From Eledone cirrhosa (lineage: Eukaryota): a stretch of DNA of 64,000 nucleotides. The position numbers were made by a program, and so were the translations under genes. The notes beneath the pieces are model-generated. The model did no database searches and was not told the origin of the DNA. It worked only from the letters and a program-made list of their open reading frames with translations. Positions 30,205 through 46,269 of the stretch are shown here, piece by piece (within the stretch, counting starts at the first letter, position 1; every line of letters begins with the position of its first letter). The DNA lies in NCBI GenBank assembly GCA_964016885.1, contig OZ024748.1, positions 5,642,001 through 5,706,000 of the forward strand. The letters are read 5' to 3'.

Positions 30205-30718
30205 TGTATGTATGTATATATGTAGATTTGTGAATATATATACGTTAAAATAACAGGTATAATCCGTATATATTTGCAGCACATATCTCTTTTGCACATC
30301 ACACCAATTCTGCAACAATACACCTCAAACACATAATTCGCATATTCTAACATTCTAATATTCTAATATTCTAACACACGTCACAGATACCTGCTCGGTA
30401 TTCGTGTTGGGGAAACCTTATATTGGCCTCGTTTCATAGAAAACGAACCATGAATAAGCTCTATATTTAAGTGTGTGTTGTGTTTTATGTATGTTCGGAC
30501 AAATATAAACATAAATCTATAACGTTCACTAGAGAGCCATAGACTATATGTAAACATCCCAATCAATCAGTTCGAGAAGAAATCGATTTATACATTATAG
30601 GGTATTTTTCTGTTTGCTCTGTGTAAAAATACAAACATGCATATGACACATACGGACAAAAGAATAATATATACAAAATAAATATGACATAAATATTAAT
30701 ACTCCCTCTCGCATATAC

Positions 30719-30774
<56 letters not shown>

Positions 30775-30848
30775 GTGTGTAAGTGTGTGTGTGTGTGTGT
30801 GTGTGTGTATACATACATATGTATATATATATATGTGTACATTTATAT

Positions 30849-30930
<82 letters not shown>

Positions 30931-31305
30931 GTATTATATATACATCTATGTATATATAAGCATATATAAATATAGAGAAAATAAGCGTATAGGAATCACA
31001 CACACAGACACACACAAACTCCGATATAACACAAGTAAGAAGCCGTATTTATCTCACCATAAGTTGCCACATATACATTAAAAGATATCCTACAGTAACA
31101 TATACACATAACTATATACAAGCATACACACATAACTATATACAAGCATACGCACATATATATAGACATAGTCACACGTAAAGAAATATATTCATTTACT
31201 TATGTATATATCAGAATATATATGTATAAATAAAGACGAATATACAATGTCCCTCACACACTCAAATACACACATGTATATATACGCACACACACACACA
31301 CACGC

Positions 31306-31341
<36 letters not shown>

Positions 31342-31375
31342 TTATATATATATATATATATAATCTGTTATTTTA

Positions 31376-31456
<81 letters not shown>

Positions 31457-31461
31457 CATAC

Positions 31462-31509
<48 letters not shown>

Positions 31510-31854
31510 GAATATATGTATGTATGATATACTTTGAATATACCAATGGAATATGTATATAAAAGAATATGCGATTCTATATTCTTTCGGTTAGGGAATT
31601 CAGGCATTTCAATGCAGCTGTGTAACTCCATATGATTATAAATGAAAACGAGAGAAAGCTAGAGGAAGAAGGAGAGAGAGACAGAAAAAAAATCGTGAGA
31701 GGAGAAATCGTTTGTCTGTGTGTATGCATATTTATTCATTTAAAAATGTATTCATGTATTCATATTAATATACGCATATATATGTAATTAAGTCACTGCA
31801 TCTATACAGAGATACATGCATATAAACACACACGTATATACACACAATCATATT

Positions 31855-31925
<71 letters not shown>

Positions 31926-32253
31926 GTGTGTGCACAAGTACTTTAATATATATTCATAAATATATATACATATATATATATATATAGTCCTACATACATA
32001 CATACACACACACACACACATACATATATAAATATATATAAATACAGAGAGAGAGAGAGAGAGAGAAACAGAGACCAAGAAGGAAACCACGCGGCCACAA
32101 GTAACAAGAGTCAAATTTTGATCGAGATTTACAGATGATGTCAAACGCAATAATTAATTATTATAGTTATTATTATTAAAATATAGATATATACACTCAT
32201 CCACACCTACACACCCACTCACTCACACACAAGTGCGCGTGCGCATGTATATA

Positions 32254-32402
32254 TAGGAAAACGCGTTCAGATCTAGCTGTCGAAACAGCCGTAGCTCAGC
32301 CATCGGAGTCCTGACTCTTTACCTATTACCCACTCTACTACTCTAAGTATCGAGTACTCTGGTGCGTTATGGTCCACCTGGTTCCTTACCCCACTTTCTT
32401 TG

Positions 32403-32405
<3 letters not shown>
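32254..32405 (+). mobile_element. Family A cassette (diverged)
   Basis: tcgaaacagccgtagctcagccatcggagtc followed by the family A tail cactctactactctaagtatcgagtactctggtgcgttatgg. Confidence 0.75.
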
Positions 32406-32430
<25 letters not shown>

Positions 32431-32435
<5 letters not shown>

Positions 32436-32636
32436 AACAAATATGACCCCGACGGCAGAGCTCAAGCCGTTTCGACGGCTATTTCTGGACAGCTATTTGA
32501 GTCCAGAAATAGCCGTCGAAACGGCTTGAGCTCTGCCGTCGGGGTCATACTTGTTCCTACTACCCACTCTACTACCCTAAGTATTGAGTAATTTGGTGCG
32601 TTATGATCCATTTGGTTCCTTACACAATTCCTTCGT

Positions 32637-32640
<4 letters not shown>
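32431..32640. mobile_element. Family A fold-back cassette
   Basis: Arms 32432-32490 and 32501-32559; GAAA at 32518-32521; stem III CGGC/GCCG; GUC at 32538-32540; tail runs to (TA)n. Confidence 0.85.
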
Positions 32641-32667
<27 letters not shown>

Positions 32668-32819
32668 ATATACACATATGAATATATATGCGTGTGTGTG
32701 TGAAATTTTAAATATATTAACCCATTGAATACATATATATATAAATGGACGCCTGTGTATAGGCTTACTTGAATTTCTATATTTACTGGTATTATGCCCC
32801 TAAAAACCTATACTGCTAT

Positions 32820-32900
<81 letters not shown>

Positions 32901-33401
32901 ATCACATTGTTTTATAAAATAGAAGCATGCACCTGTAGAAACATTGCAACGTACGAAACTTAGAATATATTCCAGCCGATGCTTTAGAATACGGTCGAGT
33001 AAATATTTCACGTCGTTATTTTTCTATTTCTCTTCCTATAAATATTTGATCTCTTTATATTGTTGTGTGGTCTGTGACTGTCTGAAAGTGTGTAGTGTGT
33101 AGTGTGTAGGGTGAGGTATAAAGTTAGGCAAGACTATCCTTCTACAGTTATTATTCAATCATCAATCTCGTGGCACATTTCCCGCTCAATTGGTGCTCCT
33201 CCACTTATGGTAATAATAATAATATTAATAATGATAATAATATTTATAGTAATAACAGTAATAATAAATATATTGGTTATAATAATAGATGTTTCATTTT
33301 GTATGAGATTTCAAAAATAAAATTAAAGTTATGATATATATATAAATATATATATATATATGTGTTTGTTTGTTTAAATATACATATATATATATACACA
33401 A

Positions 33402-33480
<79 letters not shown>

Positions 33481-33561
33481 ATTAAATACTTCTATACTAG
33501 ACATAGAGCACTCTTTTTTCCATTAACTTATCTACGGAAATACTTAACACATAAATCAATA

Positions 33562-33593
<32 letters not shown>

Positions 33594-33750
33594 CAAAAAA
33601 CATAAATATATATTTCTATGAAATATATTATTCGTTACACTATTCTTACCTTATATACGAATTATAATGTTGAATAATGAAAATTGTACACCTCTGTATT
33701 GAGTGCCCAATCAGTCAATGGTGTATTAAATACTGAGCTAATTTAAACAC

Positions 33751-33825
<75 letters not shown>

Positions 33826-33978
33826 TATGTTATATAAAATACATACTAAACGGGCGTATACTTTACTAGGTACGCGGCGATTTCCGAAGCTAGACGAAAT
33901 TATTGTTACTTAGTTCGTCAGCCACTGTCACATATATTAAGGGCTCTTTTGTTAGTAGAACAGACCCACATTCATGCA

Positions 33979-34045
<67 letters not shown>

Positions 34046-34277
34046 GCGTGTGTAACAGATAGTGTCACACGCACGGTGGCCTCGACTAACACCAACTTCT
34101 TTCAGTAACAACTAATAGCAGCTGCGAAAATAGTAATCGTGTATATTATGTGCAGTGTTTATCAATAATGCACATGTCTAGCGACTGTATATATATATAT
34201 ATATATATATACAGAAATAGACATATACAAGTAAACACACACACATGCAGGCATATTTATATACATTGAAACATATA

Positions 34278-34457
<180 letters not shown>

Positions 34458-34543
34458 TAAATATATAAATATATATATGTATATATGTATGGTTATAAAT
34501 ATATATATATATACACACATGTATATATATATATATACGTGTG

Positions 34544-34641
<98 letters not shown>

Positions 34642-35004
34642 CATATATATGACCATGCATACATATTGTGTGTGTATAGAATTTTTGTATTTTTCCAGTG
34701 GCCGCCTTTTCTAGTTGCAACGTTGATTGCATCCGTTGAAGCGGATAGGAGAACATACGGAAGAGAGGAGAAAGTGAATCAATTCTATTAAAGACTGAGA
34801 AAGGAGGGAGAGAAATGAGGAGAGGGAGATTAAGGAGAGAAAGGTGACATAGACGCGTGCACACACAAACACACATACACAAACACGTGCATGTTTATAT
34901 ATACGTGGGTGTATATATATATATATATATATATACCAATGTGTGTGTGGCTGAAATTATGAGTGTGTGTATATATATTTGTATATATATAAATATGTAT
35001 ATAT

Positions 35005-35038
<34 letters not shown>

Positions 35039-35133
35039 ATATTTAATAATACATATTATCCATTTATATATATACATATATATACATATACATATTTTCC
35101 ATTTAAATATAAATATATATGGACACTCACAAC

Positions 35134-35168
<35 letters not shown>

Positions 35169-35456
35169 GTATATGTATGTGTAAATATATATACATATAT
35201 ATATATATTTATATATATGTATATATATATATACAAATATATATATATATAGTTGTGAGTGTGCGTGAGTGTCCATATATATTTATATTTAAATGGATAA
35301 TATGTATATGTATATATATGTATATATATAAATGGATAATATGTATATATTTATATATATATATTTTTTTTCACTATACATATATATATATTTGTATATA
35401 TATAAATATGTATATATGTATATATATATATATTTATTTGTATATATATAAATATG

Positions 35457-35504
<48 letters not shown>

Positions 35505-35565
35505 GATATACATTATATATTATCCATTTAAATATAAATATATATGGACACTCACACACACTCAC

Positions 35566-35649
<84 letters not shown>

Positions 35650-36613
35650 GTATGTGTATATATATATATATATGTATATATAGGTATATGTATATATATA
35701 TATATATATATTTTCACTATACATATATATATGTTATGTATATATATATACATATATATGTATATGCACTTGTGTGTAACATTGAAATGTAGACGTGGAG
35801 AAAAACAATGGAAATTAGTAGTAGTAGTAGTAGTAGTAACAACAGCAATAATAGTAATAACCACAACAACAAGAACCATCTTATTACGTCTGTAGGGGGC
35901 GGAAATATTCGAACAACACGTGTCTTGGATGAAGCGTCATGAACACTGGAAATTGTACTTTAAATCATGTGATGTTTAAAATATGTGAGTCGGAAGCTAG
36001 ATATTATTGTTGCTATTTAGCCCTAGGTTAGGTCTGATTGTGACCTGTTATGATGAACAATATTTCAGTCAAATCCATCTTCTCTTATTCAGAAATAATA
36101 TATTTCTACTGAGGTTTTCTTCATTCAACGTGTTATTGAATTTTTGATGATATTTTGATGATATTTTAGGTAGATTTGGCTGCTATTTTTAGGAGAGCAG
36201 CCAGCTACAAGTATGGATTCTCTATTAATTTGATATAACGGTAATTTAGAATGAAACCAACCATGATTGAACATTACCATAATCAATGGTATTTATACAT
36301 ATATATTGTTATCTAATATTCACTTTACTAATTCTATTAAGTCATCACTGTGTGATTTGAGGTATATTTGGTTACTATTTTTAGCGTATGAAGGCTTCCT
36401 CACCGGTGGCTCACTCAAACTGTATGTTTTAATTATTCCCAGGTCAGACTGGATGGTTGATATTTAAACTGGAATTATCAGCAGATCTGTTTATTGCGAT
36501 ACCTGGATCCATGTAATAATGTGTTATAACATATTGCGGTATTTGATATTATGTTATAATGTAAGGGACATGTTCTTGTTATTATTAATATAATGCCGAT
36601 TATTATAAATATA

Positions 36614-36804
36614 GGACGGTGGATTGGCAGTATTGGCAGAGAGTCGGACACCATGCTTTGAAGCATAGAGTTACGTCCCTTTATGATCTGAGTTCAAATC
36701 ACGCCGAAGTTAACTTTGCCTTTCATTCTTTCGGGGTCGATAAAATAAAGTACCTGTAATGTACTGGAGAATTGCTGGCCTTGTGCCAAAAATAGAAACA
36801 ATTA
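36614..36804 (+). mobile_element. SINE S1, full length (left member of a tail-to-tail pair)
   Basis: A box, B box gagttcaaatc, core and tail. Confidence 0.9.
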
Positions 36805-36807
36805 ATA

Positions 36808-36994
36808 TAATTGTTTCTACTTTTGGTACAAGGCCAGCAATTAGCTAGTGTATTACTGGTACTTTATTTTATCGACCCCGTAAGGATGAAGGGAAAAGTT
36901 AACCTCGGCGGGATTTGAACTCAGAATGGCAAGGGCCATAACTCAATGCGTCAAAGCATGGCATCCGACCCTCTACCGATACTGCCAATCCACC
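36808..36994 (-). mobile_element. SINE S1, full length (right member of a tail-to-tail pair)
   Basis: Reverse complement of S1 starting about 3 nt after the plus copy. Confidence 0.9.
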
Positions 36995-37266
36995 AATGAC
37001 AATTAGCCACTGATAGCGACTGTCATCATTCCTATAGTGTACACCCTTCATATATACAGTCTTACAATCACAAACTATGAGGTGAAGTGTACTTTACAAA
37101 TATAACTAGTGTCCGAAAATTTACGAAGAAGGCTGTTTGTTGTTTGTGTACACACAACCCCAAACACACACAAACATATGTACACACATATATATATCTA
37201 TATATATTTGTGTGCGTGTGTATGTGCGTGTGTGTGTGTATATATGTATGTTTATGTATATATTTG

Positions 37267-37369
<103 letters not shown>

Positions 37370-37489
37370 ACGTATGTATTATTCTAAACAGAAATGCCTT
37401 CTATGGGGGTTGAAAAATGTTTCTCTCTTTTGACATTAACTAAGGATTCCTCTCAGGGTTTAGAAATTTTCCCTTAGAAAACCATTCTT

Positions 37490-37521
<32 letters not shown>

Positions 37522-37970
37522 TATGGGTGGCTCATTGAAAGCAACTTCAAAATTCCAAATCATAATTGAAGTGAAGTACATATAATACGTATGTAGCCCT
37601 GCTTTTGGCTGTCACTTGGAAATAAAAGATTTCTATTTACATTCATCTGTATATATGTTAGCTATGGAACGAACGTTCTTCGTTCCTGCATCTATAGATC
37701 CTGTGTCATACACATAACATGCAATTGGCAAAGATGTCACAATAAACACGGGCTAGGTCAGCACACATATATACATTCATATATATATATATATCTGTGT
37801 GACTGCGTGTGTGGGATATATATATAAATATGTATATGTATATATATATATGTATATGTATATATATATATATGTATGTATATATATATATAGATATATA
37901 TAGATATATATATGTATATATATATATGTATATATAAATGTATATATATATGTATATATATATATGTATA

Positions 37971-38013
<43 letters not shown>

Positions 38014-38487
38014 TCACGGTTTTTTATTGTATATTTGTGCATATAAGTAAAGGAATAAGTGGCGATATATATCAACCCATGATGTCATGTGGGTAAATGA
38101 AAGGCGATTGATAGGTAATCAATCATTTCGAGAATCTATATCGCATCAAATCGATGACGTTCGACTGTCTGAGAAGGGTCACATAAGATGTTGAAATATT
38201 AAGCAATTAATGATGTAATGGCCAGATCCTTCACTGGAATATTATCACTGAATATAAAACAGGTAAACACACAATGGAATCATTCTGATAGCTTAAATGT
38301 GTGTGAGCAATAAGAGCTTATATACCCATGTGTCAGAGAGCTGACGAGCACGAACATACGGCCATACGGTCATACGTATATATATATAAAAATAACAGAT
38401 TAAAGTTTTAGCAAAGAATCGCTGGTTTCACCCTTAACGGGATCTACTGAAACTCGGATTTTAGTCTTCACATTTATTATTATTATT

Positions 38488-38667
38488 ATTGGCAGTATCG
38501 GTAGAGGGTCGGACGCCATGCTTTCAGCATAGTTACGTCCCTTTACGATCTGAGTTCAAATCCCGCCGAGGTTGACTTTGCCTTTCATCCTTACGGGGTC
38601 GATAAAATAAAGTACCAGTAATGCACTGGGTAATTGCTGGCCTTGTGCCTAAAGTAGAAACAATTAT

Positions 38668-38670
<3 letters not shown>
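38488..38670 (+). mobile_element. SINE S1, full length
   Basis: ttggcagtatcggtagagggtcggacgcc...gagttcaaatcccgcc...gtagaaacaatt. Confidence 0.9.
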
Positions 38671-38742
<72 letters not shown>

Positions 38743-39778
38743 TATATATGTGTGTGTGTGTGTATATATATATTCATACACAAGCTCAAACACATACATA
38801 TAATGCCACCTTCTGGTCGAGTATTTCTGTATGTATACAAATGACATTCTTAATGCAATGTTATATATACCAGGCATTTTGAACCTTTTTCCATTTGATT
38901 TAGTCTTGCGAAATATTAACAAAAATGAAATAAAATAGACAGTTCATCGTGATTACATATATCTCATTTACATCCCCAACCATGATTCTCATTAGAATAT
39001 CGAGATTGTTTCGCTTAGTATTCTTACTTCTGCTGATATTGTTGTTGTTCACCTCAAGATTAGTGCTGATGAAGAGAGGCTATGTTCCATAGAGTTCCAG
39101 CAAAAAAAATTTGGTTATTTCTAAGGCATATTACATTAATATATTTCTGCCGTTTGTTTTTTCTTATACAACTATTACGGTAATAGTTAAGAAATATTTG
39201 CCTAGAATTTCTAGCTGATCAAATAATTGTTTATACTTTTTAGCTGATCAAATAATGTCGAAGAATCTCTTCCATTTTCGCGGTTTGTTCATTGATAACT
39301 TTCTACATGTACAATCTAGTATGGTAGATACAAAAAAAAAAAAAAATTATATATATATATGTATTTATATATATAGAAACGAAAGAAAAATACAACAACA
39401 AGCACAGTCAGATATCGGATGTTTCATGGGAACGAAGATATTCCAGATTGTATCTAAAATATGATCTCTGAGAAGAGAGAATTATAATAATTTTGACCTC
39501 TGATAAACCTATACAAATGACGTCTTTTAGATTTCATAAAATATGCCAAACAAAATGGCGTATGTTATAGAGATATATAACCACATATATTTGTTTGTAC
39601 ACAAACTCCTATCATCCGGAAAAAAAGATATGTTTCGCTTCCTTATAAGCTTACGCCATATATCATACATCTAAGCAGAGAGGATAAAGTTATGATAAAT
39701 ATGGAGACAAACAAATAACAACGGTCATATGGTTGTTGCTGGGGGTAGTGTGTGTGAGTATCGTATTTCAACAGTAAA

Positions 39779-39867
<89 letters not shown>

Positions 39868-39872
39868 ACACG

Positions 39873-39905
<33 letters not shown>

Positions 39906-39908
39906 ACA

Positions 39909-39939
<31 letters not shown>

Positions 39940-40401
39940 ACACACGGTATTTCGAGCTTAAGAGTAAGCTTTAATCGAGAAAGAACACTCTATATATATA
40001 TATACATTCATACACACACACACACACAGACACACATATATGTATATATATATATATATACATTGATACTTACTTCTAATCTTACAAAGATAGATACATA
40101 CATACATTCATACATACATACATTCATACATACATACGTATCACAACTGATATGTCAGATATTAATCGACATAAATAAAGACAAGTTATACAGGTATCTC
40201 AACATAAGAGGTTCTTTCCTCCTTACCAAATAACATCTAAAGAAAGAGAAAAATACAGAGATTTGTGTGGATGTTGTCTTATTTGTTTTACTATTTTCTA
40301 GTTTGGTGAAGAGAAGCTGTTGTAACAATTCTTTTCCAAATGAAATATTGATGTAGCGAAAACGGATCCATCTAAAAATCGAAGGAAAATTGAGGATATG
40401 A

Positions 40402-40450
<49 letters not shown>

Positions 40451-40643
40451 GATGTGGGATCTTGCGACATATGATGTCATGTCTGTCAACATAATCTTTA
40501 ATGAGAATAAAGATGTTTCTTTTTATCTATGTAGTGAAACTGACTTAAAAATATAGAAAATATAGGAGAGGATTCTGTCTAACTACACACACACACATTC
40601 ACGCATATATATAGAGATAGATAGATAGTTATGTATATATGTA

Positions 40644-40702
<59 letters not shown>

Positions 40703-40742
40703 TATATATATTTATATATGTATATATATATATTTATATATG

Positions 40743-40774
<32 letters not shown>

Positions 40775-40894
40775 TATGTAGGATTATATATATATGTATA
40801 TATATACATATATATATATATACGTATGTATATATATATGTATGTATATATATATGTATGTATATATATATGTATATATGTATATGTATATATA

Positions 40895-40954
<60 letters not shown>

Positions 40955-41732
40955 CATATATATACATACTAAATAAAGATGGCGTAAGCATACAATGCAA
41001 CGGGAGGAAACATAATAGCAACACTGACGATGTTGAAGATGTGCAACGAAAGAACTTTGATAGACTATATATATGTGTTTGTGTCTAAATTGTATCTGTA
41101 TTTTTGACCGTTGGTCATCAATGGCAACATTGAGGACCGAATAAATTAAATTAACCGATATAAAAGACACAGATGCGAAAGTCAACCAAACAGTGAGTGT
41201 GTTCTGTTATTAATTCTGGCAATACTATTACACAAATATGACCCTCCCCAAGTATAACAATATTTGTTTCGACACACAATTTCATATCAAAAACCTCGCA
41301 AAACTATATATATATATATATATATATATTAAAATAACAGATTAAATATTTGCTCTACGGTTCTTATATATCTGATATATATTTATCCTTATAGAGCCCT
41401 CTTTGGATTTTAGTTTTCAAATCTATTATTATTACTATATATATATATATATGTAGAAGTTCTATTTAAATTGTTGGAATACAACAAGCAAATATTTTTA
41501 TAACTGATATAAAGCACTCAACAAATTATTGGAGCAAAAATACGATATATTAACAAATGGAAACTACATTTATAAAACCATATTTATTTCATTATACATA
41601 TTTCAAGGACACCAAGTTAAATTATGGTGTGCTTTCATCAGATAAAATATGATATAGAGCAGTTTTATAAATAAATATTGACCCTTAAAGAATGCGATTA
41701 TTTTTGTTGGAAGCTCCCGGATAGTCCTACTT

Positions 41733-41807
<75 letters not shown>

Positions 41808-41934
41808 TAGTTCCACAACAGTTAGTTCACCATACCGAGAATCAATGTTTCACCTAATGCGGATCCTTAGCTTAGGCCTGAATATATGGGCTGGTATATA
41901 TATAGGTATATATATATATACACATATATATATA

Positions 41935-42008
<74 letters not shown>

Positions 42009-42064
42009 TATATATGTGTATATATATATATATATTTTTATATATATATATACATATATATACA

Positions 42065-42182
<118 letters not shown>

Positions 42183-42211
42183 CATATATATATACATATA
42201 TATATATATAG

Positions 42212-42243
<32 letters not shown>

Positions 42244-42465
42244 GTTTGTAGATAGATATGCATGTTTGTATAAAGACCCTACATCCATATATGGGAAAAT
42301 ATCTCTTGACAGGACTGGATCGTTGTGTCAAAGCATGACTGATGTGTGAAGCCATATTTGGAAAACCTCACCACTCATACTACTAGGTATAACATAACCA
42401 GGTCGATTACTGGCTAAAACCTATCAAGGTTTACAGTAATATAAACACACAACAGACATACTTAC

Positions 42466-42539
<74 letters not shown>

Positions 42540-42549
<10 letters not shown>

Positions 42550-42790
42550 CGGAAAATAAGAAAATTTCTTTAAAAAGTTTTTTTTTTTAAATTAACTTAC
42601 TTACTTAAATTTTCACTCCAACTAATTAGTTTCTGCAATGATTGCAGAAACTAATTAGTTGGAGTGAAAATTTAAGTAAGTAAGTTAATTTAAAAAAAAA
42701 AATTTTTTTTAAGAAATTTTCTTATTTTACGTCTTTTATATTATTGTTCTGCATCCTCCTGCATTGAACCACCTAGGTACTATGAATATA
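42540..42790. mobile_element. ~200-bp palindrome with hammerhead 3' half, after (TA)n
   Basis: Arms about 42540-42639 and 42641-42741 around a single central G; attgca-GAAA(42647-42650)-C-TAATTA-G-TT; tail hairpin at 42746-42769. Confidence 0.75.
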
Positions 42791-43205
42791 ACCTGTGTAT
42801 TTGCTGGCATTAGCGTACATCTGTGCGCTTATGTTAGTAGATATATAAAATTATCTCTATATATATATGTATAGTAATAATAATAAATCTGAAGACTAAG
42901 GGTAAAAGCAGCGATTCTTTGCTTAAACTTTAATCCGTTATTTTAACATATAAATATGTGTGTGTGTGTGTGTGTATGTGTGTGTTTGTGTGTGTGTATT
43001 TATGTATGGATGTGTGTGTATATATGTATGTATGTATATGGGCGTGCGTGTGTGCTTACGTGAGTGTCGGGGTGGGGTGTTTCTTTATACCTAATCATTT
43101 TATAATGATTTCTTCCTGTTCAGAAATCAGGATATTTATGAAAAGAAAAACAAGAGTTCTGATGAAAAACAAAACAAATTCAAAATCTACGTGTACTGAT
43201 TTTGC

Positions 43206-43298
<93 letters not shown>

Positions 43299-44059
43299 GG
43301 TGGTGGTAGTGGTGGTGTTAGTAGTGGTGATAGTAGTAGTAGTAGTAGTGGTGGTGGTGGTAGTGGTAGTAGTAGTAGTAGTAGTAGTAGCAGTGGTGGT
43401 GATGGTGGTATTAGTAGTAACAACAACATTAATGATAATAACACCAATAACAGTAGGTATAATATCAATAGTAATAACAAGAATAATTAAAACTAGATTG
43501 ATTTTAATCAATAATGATCAATTAGTAATCCCCCCCCCCCCAAAAAAAAATACAAAACACTATCAAACATTTTTTTAAAATAATTAATATTTATTTTTTT
43601 CTACTAGTTTTCTTTTTACCCTTAATTATGAAAGACCTACAGCTTTCCTATTTCCGTTAAACTTTGACCGGAATTTCTATAAAACCGGGAAAATTAATAA
43701 GCGATTTGGTAAAAAAAGATGAAAATTTTAAGAGAGTAATTGTGATGAGAAGAACGTATGATATACTATTATAGTATTTTCTTTGAATTTTGAATATACC
43801 CTCAGCATCTAGTAGTTTCGGAGGAAATCACAAATAGTCCATATATATACATGCACACATTCCATCTCTCTATTACTATCACTCTATTTCTCTTTTTCCC
43901 TCACATATTATAAATATATATATATATATAATTATTTATATTTATATTTCGGAATATTAGAAAACAAAACACAAAAAACAGACAAACGCAGGAGTAAATG
44001 TTACAAATATTATTAGTTTCACGCTTAGTGAGAGTGGGGTGTGTTTAAGTATGCATATA

Positions 44060-44106
<47 letters not shown>

Positions 44107-44168
44107 ATGTATTTGTGTATGGATGTGTATATATATATATATATACACACACACATCCATACACAAAT

Positions 44169-44272
<104 letters not shown>

Positions 44273-44479
44273 ATACATAATATATATACTACCGTTTAAA
44301 TCTCAAGGGAGAAATCTCTTATCATCAAGTGCTACTTAATTTCTACTAAATGTATATAACACATCGATTAAGTTTAACTTTTTAATACATATATAATTCA
44401 TGCGGACATATTTTCCTTTGTCTTTTAACAGAGAATATATGATATATGTAATGGTCTTTGTCTGTAATATATCAACAAC

Positions 44480-45300
44480 AGCAACGCCATCATCGAATAA
44501 CCATCAGCATTCACATCATCAGAAAAGCGTCAACATCATTATTTTCACCATCATCCATGTAACCATCTTCCCTGGTTGCCAGCTTCATCCCTATCTCCAG
44601 CACCGTCAGTAAAATCAACACCAACATTGCTTTTATTATTGTCATCGTCATCATCGTCATCATCTTCATTGTCATCATCATCACCATGATGATCATCAAC
44701 ACAAACACTATTCATAATATATATAGAGTACTGCTATTGTAGTAGTAGTAGTAGTAGTAGTATTGGTAGTCATCATCATCATCAATGTCACCATCAAACA
44801 AACAATCTAATGCTTCTTGTTAGAGATTTGTTTTGTCAGAAAAGCTCTGTTATGTGACAATGTCAAACATGGATTATCACCATTGTGCAGGGAGTAGAAA
44901 ACAGACAATATGTCCTTACTATTCATCATCTACAAGTACCCAGCCCTCACTGTCACCATAACCAGCAACACCACTCCTCACAGTAAAGAGCCTTAGCAGC
45001 CACCACCATCAGCCACACAGCCAGTATAATCAATCATTAGTATCAACAACCTAATCATCAACACTAACGCCACCAACACCCACCAGTCACTGGCACCTTA
45101 ACAAGCAACACCACCACAACCACCAAAACAAGCATCAGCTTCAGAAAACAACAACGCCGCCACCACCAGCTATACAGCCAGCATCATCAGCCGTCACCAT
45201 CAACACCTCAAATATCACCACTACGACCATAACAACATCCACTAGGATACACCTCCTAATGCCATCTTAACATCCACCACCACCACCACCAGCATACATC
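44480..45300. repeat. Cryptically simple CAC/CAT/CAA-rich tract
   Basis: Degenerate triplet-rich sequence with no sustained credible ORF. Confidence 0.6.
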
Positions 45301-45597
45301 ACAGTCATTGTACAGACAATAGATGGGGTGGAACCAACCCATTGTTCAATGCTGTAACACCCTAATGTTTTCTATACTTGGATTTGATTTCTGTAGTAAG
45401 ATCTATAACCTATGACCTGTGTATCTTGGGCTGCAAATGATTAGAAAAATAAATAACAATTCATATCTAAAGGACTCTCTCATGTCATGTGACACACACA
45501 TACACACACAGTCACAAACACACAAAACACGCATATATATATATATATACTCATACACACGCATGTACACACACTCTTATATATATATATAATTTTA

Positions 45598-45740
45598 TAT
45601 AAAAATGGTTCTACAGGATTAGAATTGTTTAATTGAAACAGCTCTAGACTTGTAGAAGCCAGTTCTATATTAAATTTGATATTTACACTCTACTAATGTA
45701 TTGAGCACCTTACTTACTGTCCAAACGGATTCTTTTTCAG
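45598..45740 (+). mobile_element. Short fold-back cassette relic
   Basis: ggttctacagg...GAAA-C-AGCT-CTA-gacttgtagaagcc short inverted repeat after a TA run; tail hairpin at 45687-45706. Confidence 0.5.
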
Positions 45741-46139
45741 GAGGAACTTCACTGAAGTACCATCTCTGCTAAGACACTTTCCAATGGCTGACGAACGAAG
45801 CATCAATAAGTTCAGCTTGGTTCGGGAAGCTACGAATACCTAGGACGTTGTAAGCTGGTTGGCCGTATGTTTTATATAATAGGAGATTTACCCTTATCTT
45901 CACATATTGAGGCTTCCTACAGGCGATATATTATACGCTAGCTCCACATGGGCTGCCGCCAGCAGATGGGGTTAGCAGTAACTAATACATTAGTCCGGAG
46001 CCAGAGATTCACACTCTATACCCACACGAAATCGTTTTTCTCACTATCGACAGTCCATCGACTTTCGTCAAATCGGACCGAGGAAACAATGTTTCCGTTC
46101 GTCTTTCCAATTGCTAATACTATCTATCGGTCGTAACTC

Positions 46140-46269
46140 CAGGTAGAAGGTGCAATGTGAAATAAAGTGTCTTGCTTAAGGACATAACCCAACGCCCAGT
46201 CCAGGAATCGAACTCACAACCTTACGATTGCGAATCCAATTCGCTAACCACTCAGCCACGCGCCTTCAC
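46140..46269 (-). mobile_element. tRNA-derived SINE, S2-like head and CORE-like segment
   Basis: Minus strand reads gtgaaggcgcgtggctgagtggttagcg...gagttcgattcctgg...gtccttaagcaagacactttatttcac; similar to 7420-7535. Confidence 0.7.

Noticed and set aside
39060-39110. CTGATGA match (also at about 2132, 15172, 17013, 46474 and 48224)
   Set aside because: Isolated heptamers without a stem II followed by GAAA; expected by chance.
41018-41065. CTGACGA-tgttg...caac-GAAA hammerhead-like core
   Set aside because: No stem III/UH site or stem I partner downstream.
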